A program made the position numbers and the translations under genes. The notes under the pieces are model-generated. The model saw only the letters and a list, made by a program, of their open reading frames with translations, was not told the DNA's origin and did not search any database. Below, in pieces: positions 57,488 through 64,000 of a stretch of DNA of 64,000 nucleotides. The DNA comes from Thermoanaerobaculia bacterium. GTDB taxonomy: Bacteria; Acidobacteriota; Thermoanaerobaculia; UBA5066. Position 1 is the stretch's first letter, and every line of letters begins with the position of its first letter. Where the stretch lies: contig JBBRRY010000006.1 of NCBI GenBank assembly GCA_038245905.1, positions 1-64,000 of the forward strand. The letters are read 5' to 3'.

Positions 57488-58917
57488 GAGGCGCCCTCCA
57501 GCGTCTTCGCGGCCGTGACGACCAGGTCGTACACCGCGTCGGGGATCCAGACCCCCATGACGACGACCATCGTCAGCGCGACGAGCATCGGGGCGACTTT
57601 CCAGAAGCCGTCCCGAAAGTCGGTTGTCGCGCCCGCGGGCGAAACCGGCCCTTGGACCACCGCGAGAACGGTCGCACCCATGCCGATGAAAATGATGACG
57701 AGGAAGACGAGGAAGAGGGCCGCCACCGCGTAGTGGCCTCCCGACATCGCGCCCGAGAGGATCGTGAACTCGCTGATGAACGGCCCGAACGGCGGCGAGC
57801 CCGTGATCGCGAGAAAGCCCGCGAGGAAGAGAGCGCCCGACAGCGGGACGCGCCGAAGTGCCCCGCTCACCTTGTCGATCGTCTTGCTGCCGTAGGCGCG
57901 GTGGATGTTTCCGGCGGACAGGAAGAGGACGACCTTAGTCAGAGCGTTGTTGATGACGTGAAGGAGCGCGCCGACGAGTGCGATGCCGCCGACCCCGACG
58001 CCGATGACGAGGATTCCCATGTGCTCGACGCTCGAGTACGCGAGCATCCGCTTGAAATCGCGCTGCCCGGCCATGAACGCCGCGGCGACGGCCATCGACA
58101 CGAGCCCGAAGCCGAGGAAGAGTTCACGCGCGAACGCTCCTTCGCCGGCCGCCTGCATCACGCGATAGACCCGGAGGAGGGCGAGGAACGCGCAGTTCGT
58201 CATTCCGCCGGCGAGGAGGGCGCCGATGATCCCGGGGGCCTCGCCGTAAGCGTCCGGCTTCCAGGTGTGCATCGGTGCGAGCCCCATCTTCGTGCCGTAG
58301 CCCACGACGAGGAGAACGAACCCGGCCCTCAGCCAAGGCCGGGACAGCCCGCTCCCGTGCTCGAGCAACGACGCGAAGAGGAGGCTCTCGTCTCCCGAGG
58401 CGCCGTGCAGCGCGGCGTACGCCACGAAGAGCGAGCCGAGGAGCGCGAGCGCGATCCCGACCGACCCGATCATGAGGTACTTCCACGCGGCTTCGAGCGA
58501 GCGGGCGTTTTGGTTGAAGTAGATCAGGACGGCCGTGGAGAGCGTCGCGCCCTCGACGGCGACCCACACGACGGCGAGGTGCTGCGCCACGGTGATTGAG
58601 GTCGTCATCGACAGGAAGGTCAAAAGGCAGACGCAGAACACGAGGTTCGGCCGCTCGCTGCGGATCCTGAGGTATCCGACGCCGTAGAACGCACAGAGAG
58701 TGAAGAGAACGGAGATGACGACGAGGATCAGGTGCCCGAGCGCGTCGGCGACGAACCACCCGCCGAGAGCCGAGTCGCCCGTCCGCACCGAGAGCGCGCC
58801 CCCGAGGTGAAGGAGGCCGACCCCGGCGACGATCAGCGGCCGAATCCGTCCCGAGGGCGTCGCGAAGGCCGCGAGAGCACCGAGGAGCGGCAGGAGGATG
58901 AGACCGAGCAGCAGCAT
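57484..58917 (-). CDS. hyfF: HyfF-like antiporter-type membrane subunit
   Basis: LEAAWKY, GYGTKMGLAPMHTWKPDAYGEAP and KRMLAYSSVEHMG motifs. Confidence 0.9.
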   Translation of the reverse strand: MLLLGLILLPLLGALAAFATPSGRIRPLIVAGVGLLHLGGALSVRTGDSALGGWFVADALGHLILVVISVLFTLCAFYGVGYLRIRSERPNLVFCVCLLTFLSMTTSITVAQHLAVVWVAVEGATLSTAVLIYFNQNARSLEAAWKYLMIGSVGIALALLGSLFVAYAALHGASGDESLLFASLLEHGSGLSRPWLRAGFVLLVVGYGTKMGLAPMHTWKPDAYGEAPGIIGALLAGGMTNCAFLALLRVYRVMQAAGEGAFARELFLGFGLVSMAVAAAFMAGQRDFKRMLAYSSVEHMGILVIGVGVGGIALVGALLHVINNALTKVVLFLSAGNIHRAYGSKTIDKVSGALRRVPLSGALFLAGFLAITGSPPFGPFISEFTILSGAMSGGHYAVAALFLVFLVIIFIGMGATVLAVVQGPVSPAGATTDFRDGFWKVAPMLVALTMVVVMGVWIPDAVYDLVVTAAKTLEGAS

Positions 58918-58921
58918 CGCG

Positions 58922-59563
58922 TCAGTCCCTGAGCTCCGAGAGGCGCTCCGTGTCGAGCGAGCCGAACTCCCGCTGGATGTGGTTCATGACGATTCCCATG
59001 ACGAAGATCCCGACGAGAAGGTCCAGAAGGACGCCCACCTCCACGAGCGTCGGCATCGCCTCGTGGAGAAGCTGCGCGAAGACGAAAATTCCGTTCTCGA
59101 GGATGAGGTATCCCGTGACCTGCGAGATCGCCTTGCGCCGCGTCGTCAGGAGGAGGAACCCCGCGAAGAGCGTCGCGAGCGCGACCGGGACGACCAGCAG
59201 GTCGCGGTGAGCCGGCATCAGCGGAAGACGGCCCGCGAAGAGAGCGGCGCCGCCCGTCCCGACCGCCAGGAGGAGCACCGAGGGGACGAGGCCCAGATAG
59301 GGCTCCATCTCCTGTTGAATGTGCACCTCGCGCAAGGCCCTGAGGAGCATCCCCGGGATGATGAAGGCCTTGACGGCCCCCGCCACGATCACGAGGCCGA
59401 GGAGGCGGGCCGTCGGCTCCGGTGAGAAGAACAGCGGGAAGACGCTGACGAAAAAGCCTTGCAGGGCCGCCGCCCGGATGCACGCCTTGAGGTTCGAGGA
59501 GCCGAGCGCGAGGAAGTTCATCGTGACGGCGAGGATGAGGAGAGACGAAGCGACTTCTCTCAT
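58922..59563 (-). CDS. hyfE: HyfE-like membrane subunit
   Basis: VKAFIIP, GYLILENGI and EVGVLLD motifs. Confidence 0.88.
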   Translation of the reverse strand: MREVASSLLILAVTMNFLALGSSNLKACIRAAALQGFFVSVFPLFFSPEPTARLLGLVIVAGAVKAFIIPGMLLRALREVHIQQEMEPYLGLVPSVLLLAVGTGGAALFAGRLPLMPAHRDLLVVPVALATLFAGFLLLTTRRKAISQVTGYLILENGIFVFAQLLHEAMPTLVEVGVLLDLLVGIFVMGIVMNHIQREFGSLDTERLSELRD

Positions 59564-59567
59564 CGTC

Positions 59568-60476
59568 TTACCTCAGGACCAGGACGACGGCGAACCCCGC
59601 GAGGAGCGTCGCCGTGACGAGAAGCTGGGGAACGCGCACGAGCCTGAGACGCGCCATGCTCGATTCCACGAGACCCACGACGACGCTGACCCCGACGAGG
59701 CCGGCCGCGAAGATCGTGAGATCGAGCGCGGCCGAGCCCGACCGGTACGGGATCAGGAGCGTCACGATCAGCGTCTCGAAGACGGCGAGCTTCAGCGCGG
59801 CTCCGTATAGGATGAAGCCAAACGCCGGCCCCGCGTGGTCGAGGACCATCACCTCGTGGATCATCGTCAGCTCGAGATGCGTGTTCGGGTCGTCGAACGG
59901 CACACGCGCGTTCTCGGCGAGGAGGACGATGAACCAGCTCGCGAGGATGAGGACGATGGAGGCGCTCGCCTTCTGCCAGGCCGCCGCGGCGTTGAGGTCG
60001 AGCATCCCCGTCAGCGTCAACGATCCGGACAGGCGCGTGAGCGCGAGCATTCCGAAGAGGAGAGCCGGCTCCGCGAGCGCCGAGAAGGTCACCTCTCGCG
60101 CCGCGCCCATCCCTTCGAACGGAGAGCCCGTATCCATCGCCGCGGCGGAGACGAAGAACCGCGCAAGGGCGAAGACACCGACGAAGAGAATCATGTCCCC
60201 CGTGAACGACAGGAGAGCGGGCTGGCCTCCGAGAGGCAGCAGGAGCGCCGCGACGAAAGGCGCGGCGACGGACAGGACCGGCCCCGCGAGGAAAATCCAC
60301 GTCGTCGTCGAGCTCACGACGAATCCCTTCCTCAGGAGCTTGGCGAGGTCGTAGTAGGCCTGCAGGAGCGGAGGGCCGGTGCGCCCGGCGACGAGGGCCT
60401 TCGTCCGGTTGATCACGCCGAGGAGGAACGGCGCGAGGACCAGCACGGCGGCGAGGTTGGCGATCGAACTCACCAT
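59568..60476 (-). CDS. hyfC: HycD/HyfC (NuoH-like) membrane subunit
   Basis: GRTGPPLLQAYYDLAKLLRK, DTGSPFEGMGAARE and ENARVPFDDPNTHLELTMIHE motifs. Confidence 0.9.
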   Translation of the reverse strand: MVSSIANLAAVLVLAPFLLGVINRTKALVAGRTGPPLLQAYYDLAKLLRKGFVVSSTTTWIFLAGPVLSVAAPFVAALLLPLGGQPALLSFTGDMILFVGVFALARFFVSAAAMDTGSPFEGMGAAREVTFSALAEPALLFGMLALTRLSGSLTLTGMLDLNAAAAWQKASASIVLILASWFIVLLAENARVPFDDPNTHLELTMIHEVMVLDHAGPAFGFILYGAALKLAVFETLIVTLLIPYRSGSAALDLTIFAAGLVGVSVVVGLVESSMARLRLVRVPQLLVTATLLAGFAVVLVLR

Positions 60477-62443
60477 GACGCACTCCACGCGAGCAGGATC
60501 AGCAGCGTGACGACGATGTAGAGAATGTAGGCTTGGATCCGGCCCGCCTGGATCGCGCGCGCGAGGCCCAGAATTGACCGGCCGCGCGAGAACGCCGGCA
60601 GGAGGAAGCGGTCGAGCACCGGGTCAGGGGCGTGGCTCTCGAAGCGCTGCTCCGCCGCGGGGAAGGGGCCGTCCATGTGCGGGCGGTGCTCGTCAGGAAA
60701 CACGGCCCAGCGGAAGAGCCCCACGAGCATCTGCGCAAACGACGAGGCCGAATACTGGACCCGCGGGCTTCCTGCCGCATAGCCGCAGTCCCACGTCGTC
60801 GTCCGTAACGCGGGCCGGGTCCACGCGAAGGCCGCGACCCCAAACGCCGCGAGGACGGCGAGGAGAAAGAGCGGGACGAGGCCCAGGACGCCCAGGTCCG
60901 CGTTTCCACTGGTCCCCGCTCCGCCGGCGAGGAGCACGACCGCCGCGTCGCGGCTGAGGCGCGCGGCGACGGCGGGCGCAAGGCCGATCATGATGCAGGC
61001 GAGTGCGAGTCCTCCCATCGCAACGCGCATCGAGCCGCTCGCGTCCGCCCCCGTCGCGGCGCGGGCCGTACGCGGAGACCCGAGGAACACGACCGAGAAC
61101 GCCTTCACGAAGCAAGCCACGGCGAGAGCGCCGATGAACGCGAGGGCAGGGGCGCTCGCGGCGGCGCCGAGGACCCTCACCCCGCCGCCGTCGCTCGTGA
61201 GGGCCCGGAAGCTCCCGAGGGCGATCAGCCATTCGCTGACGAAGCCGTTGAGCGGCGGCAGGCCGCAGATCGCTGCGGCGCCGACGAGGAAGGCCGTCCC
61301 CGTGAAGCGCATCCGCCGGAAGAGGCCCCCCATCGCGTCGATCTCCCGCGTGCCGGTTGCGTGGATCACGGCCCCGGCCGCGTAGAAGAGGAGCGCCTTG
61401 AAGGCCGCGTGGTTCCAGACGTGAAGGAGCGCACCCGCGAACCCCAGAATCGCCCAGTCGAGCCGGCCCTGCGCCACGCCGAGGACACCGACGCCGAGCC
61501 CGATCAGGATGATGCCGATGTTCTCGATGCTGTGGTACGCGAGGAGGCGCTTCAGGTCGTGCTGCGCGAGCGCGAGAGCGACGCCCATGACGCCCGACGA
61601 GATCCCGAGGGCCACAAGGGCGAGGCCGAGCCACGTCGGATACGCCGGCAGCATCGTGAGGACCCTCACGAGCCCGTAGATCCCCACCTTCAGGACGACA
61701 CCCGAGAGGAGCGCCGAGACGTGACTCGGAGCGGCCGCGTGCGCGTCCGGCAGCCAGACGTGGAGGGGGATCACGCCCGCCTTGAGCCCGAACCCGGCGA
61801 GCGCGAGCACGAGGATCGGGCTGAGGAGCGCGGACGAGCCGAGCACTGCAGACGGAACGAGGAGCCAGCCGCCGGTCGCATCGCGCAGCAGTGTGAACAT
61901 CGCAAAGAGGACCAGCGTCCCCACGTGGGCCGACACGAGGTAGATCCATCCAGCTCTGAGCGCCTGGACGTCGTTCTGATCGGTCGTGACGAGAAAGAAG
62001 GCCGCGAGGGAGACGATCTCCCAGCCGGCGAGAAACGCCCACGCGTCGCCGGCCGCTATCACGAGCGCGAGGCTGCCGGTCGCGACGCCGTAGAACACGC
62101 GGAGCTTGCGGCCGTTCCCCGGGTGGCGGGACTCCGCCCAGTAGCCCTCACCGTAGATCGAGCCAAGGCCGGAAACGACGAAGACCGGAACGAGAAAGAA
62201 CGCCGAGAGCCGGTCGAGAGAGAACGTGATCGACCCGCCGGGCAGCGCCCAGGCGAACCGCGCCGTCACCGTCCCGCCGGTGAGCGCCCACACCGCGGCG
62301 CCGGTTCCGATCGCACATCCGAGGACGTGCAGCACGGTCGCGATGCGCTGGGCCGCCGTCGAGCCCGCCTTCAGGAGAAGGCCCGGGAACCCGCTGAACG
62401 CGACGAGCCCCGAGGCGAGAGCGAGGACCTGGAGGCTCGTCAT
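60470..62443 (-). CDS. hyfB: HyfB-like antiporter-type membrane subunit (copy 2)
   Basis: KAGVIPLHVWLPDAHAAAPSHVSA, KRLLAYHSIENIG, PPLNGFVSEW and TWDCGY motifs; ATG 62443 overlaps the upstream stop. Confidence 0.9.
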   Translation of the reverse strand: MTSLQVLALASGLVAFSGFPGLLLKAGSTAAQRIATVLHVLGCAIGTGAAVWALTGGTVTARFAWALPGGSITFSLDRLSAFFLVPVFVVSGLGSIYGEGYWAESRHPGNGRKLRVFYGVATGSLALVIAAGDAWAFLAGWEIVSLAAFFLVTTDQNDVQALRAGWIYLVSAHVGTLVLFAMFTLLRDATGGWLLVPSAVLGSSALLSPILVLALAGFGLKAGVIPLHVWLPDAHAAAPSHVSALLSGVVLKVGIYGLVRVLTMLPAYPTWLGLALVALGISSGVMGVALALAQHDLKRLLAYHSIENIGIILIGLGVGVLGVAQGRLDWAILGFAGALLHVWNHAAFKALLFYAAGAVIHATGTREIDAMGGLFRRMRFTGTAFLVGAAAICGLPPLNGFVSEWLIALGSFRALTSDGGGVRVLGAAASAPALAFIGALAVACFVKAFSVVFLGSPRTARAATGADASGSMRVAMGGLALACIMIGLAPAVAARLSRDAAVVLLAGGAGTSGNADLGVLGLVPLFLLAVLAAFGVAAFAWTRPALRTTTWDCGYAAGSPRVQYSASSFAQMLVGLFRWAVFPDEHRPHMDGPFPAAEQRFESHAPDPVLDRFLLPAFSRGRSILGLARAIQAGRIQAYILYIVVTLLILLAWSASW

Positions 62444-64000
62444 CGGACATACGGCCGGAGGACCGACCAGGCGAGCGTAACGAGAACCGTCAGGAAGACG
62501 TAAACGAGGTAGAGCGTGAGCCGGCCGCTCTGGAGCCTGTGAAGGCGCGCGAGCCGGCTGGCCCACCACGCGGCGAAGGGCTCGTAGAGCCTCTCTCCGA
62601 AAGGATCGGCGGCCGTCGTCCGGAAGGAGGCGGCCGCGGGAAACGCGCCGATCGGCGACACGGCCACCGGGGACGGCGCGAGAAGACCGGGCAGGAGCGA
62701 GGCGACGGCGGCGCCGAAAGACGCGGATGTGTACTGCATCCTCGCGGTCGGCGCCGCGTATCCGCAGTCCCACGTCGGCATCCGGCGGGGGGCGCGCGGA
62801 ATCAGAGTGAGGAGGAACGCTCCGGCGGCAGCAACTGCGAGAGCGAGCACCGCGAGAGCGCTCACGGGCCGGACCAGCGACGCGGCGAGGAAGGCGGGAT
62901 CCACGGGGCCCCGGAGCCAGGCGCCTTCGGCCGCGTTGAGCGCGCCGAGGACGGCGGACGGCCAGAGGCCGAGGCCGACGCACGCGGCCGCGAGGATCGC
63001 CATCGGGGCCGTCATGAGGATCGACGGCTCGTGCGCGCCGGCCGCCTCGGCGCTCCGCGGCGCACCGAGGAACGTGACCCCGACGATCCGGACGAAGGAC
63101 GCGAGCGCAAGCGCTCCCGACAACGCGAGCGCCGGAGCCCCGAACGCGAGCACCCACCCGCCCGGGGAGTGCGCCCGGAGCGTGCCGAAGAGCCCCAGCG
63201 CGATGAGCCACTCGCCGACGAATCCGTTGAGAAGCGGCAGCCCGGCGGCCGCGAGCGCGCCGACGAGGACGAGGGTCGCGGTGACCGGCATCCGGCGGGC
63301 GAGACCGCCGAGACGCTCCATGTTCCGCGTGCCCGCGGCGTGGACGATCCCACCCGAACCGAAGAAGAGGAGCGACTTGAAGCAGGCGTGGCTGAAGACG
63401 TGGAAGAGGGCGCCGCAGAACCCGAGTGTGACCCACGCGGGCTGCCCGAGCGTGCGGCCCGCGAGCGCCAGGCCGATCCCGAGCCAGACGATCCCCATGT
63501 TCTCGACGCTCGAATAGGCGAGCGCGCGCTTGAGATCGGTCTGGCCCGATGCGATCGCGATCCCGACGACCGCTGAGACGGCGCCGAGCCCCGCGACGAG
63601 GAGTCCCCACCACAGCGGCGGGACGTCGACGAGCGACGAGAAACGGAGGAGCCCGTAAATGCCGGCCTTGAGCATGACGCCCGACATGAGCGCCGAGACG
63701 TGGCTCGGCGCGTTCGCGTGGGCCGCGGGGAGCCAGAAGTGGAACGGCACGATCCCGGCCTTGACCCCGAACCCCACGACCGCGAGGAGGAAGACGACAG
63801 ACGCCGCGGGCGAGAGCGCGATCTTCTGGATTTCGAAGGAGCCCGTCTCCGCGCGCAGCAGGGCGAAGGCCGCGAACAGGCAGGCGGTCCCGGCGTGCGT
63901 CGCGACGAGGTACACCCACGCGGCCCGCCGGACCTCCGCGAGGGCGTCGTCCGTCGCGACGAGAAAGAAGGCGGAGACGGCCATGAGCTCCCACGCGAGA
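62440..64000 (-). CDS. hyfB: HyfB-like antiporter-type membrane subunit (copy 1), 5'-truncated by the window end
   Basis: KAGIVPFHFWLPAAHANAPSHVSA, KRALAYSSVENMG and TWDCGY motifs. Confidence 0.88.
   Translation of the reverse strand, partial: LAWELMAVSAFFLVATDDALAEVRRAAWVYLVATHAGTACLFAAFALLRAETGSFEIQKIALSPAASVVFLLAVVGFGVKAGIVPFHFWLPAAHANAPSHVSALMSGVMLKAGIYGLLRFSSLVDVPPLWWGLLVAGLGAVSAVVGIAIASGQTDLKRALAYSSVENMGIVWLGIGLALAGRTLGQPAWVTLGFCGALFHVFSHACFKSLLFFGSGGIVHAAGTRNMERLGGLARRMPVTATLVLVGALAAAGLPLLNGFVGEWLIALGLFGTLRAHSPGGWVLAFGAPALALSGALALASFVRIVGVTFLGAPRSAEAAGAHEPSILMTAPMAILAAACVGLGLWPSAVLGALNAAEGAWLRGPVDPAFLAASLVRPVSALAVLALAVAAAGAFLLTLIPRAPRRMPTWDCGYAAPTARMQYTSASFGAAVASLLPGLLAPSPVAVSPIGAFPAAASFRTTAADPFGERLYEPFAAWWASRLARLHRLQSGRLTLYLVYVFLTVLVTLAWSVLRPYVR

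Noticed and set aside
2402-57733. Many long Arg/Pro/Ala-rich alternative-frame ORFs (e.g. 2402-4423, 7184-9022, 13749-15878, 55676-57733)
   Set aside because: Typical high-GC shadow ORFs overlapping well-supported genes.
60470-63994. 1174-aa ORF in the track suggesting one giant protein
   Set aside because: Its N-terminal half is an off-frame shadow of the upstream hyfB paralogue; the real gene starts at ATG 62443.
1-64000. CRISPR array, tRNA or rRNA genes
   Set aside because: No regularly spaced repeats were seen and intergenic gaps are too short; the dispersed element is irregularly spaced and intragenic.

Overview
High-GC bacterial chromosomal window. The gene content and style suggest Acidobacteriota/Thermoanaerobaculia, but that is inference only. 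It is densely packed with housekeeping genes. In order: the right end of an IS1202/ISNCY-like insertion sequence abutting rsmB; fmt, HU, ftsK, uppP, rsmA, trxA; a MoxR-DUF58-Bat operon; a GAF-GGDEF cyclase, lat, mtgA, an Ig-like lipoprotein, glgA, suhB, ndh, pyrRBC, queA, glnA, alkA-ogt, an amidohydrolase, a USP, an RmlC-like gene, an amino-acid permease, pcnB, a CpcT-like protein, typA, an ECF sigma/anti-sigma unit, a rhomboid-like gene, mutL and pepP; and a Hyf/Ehr-type membrane complex whose large subunit lacks the Ni-binding cysteines. The most striking unexplained signal is a dispersed, AT-rich, strand-asymmetric 20-35 bp element (approx. YTCTTCMCCTTCTAAGAAATCTTCTCTTCC, core TTCnnAGAA). 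About 20 copies were seen by eye, almost all inside coding sequences. It is read in different frames and on both strands, creates low-complexity inserts in conserved proteins (Fmt, QueA, MutL, AlkA, Ogt, BatB), and often occurs as inverted pairs 80-180 bp apart. Also noted: many candidate leaderless promoters, two genes that appear to need CTG starts, and a 22-bp bidirectional promoter. All calls come from reading the sequence; no searches were run.
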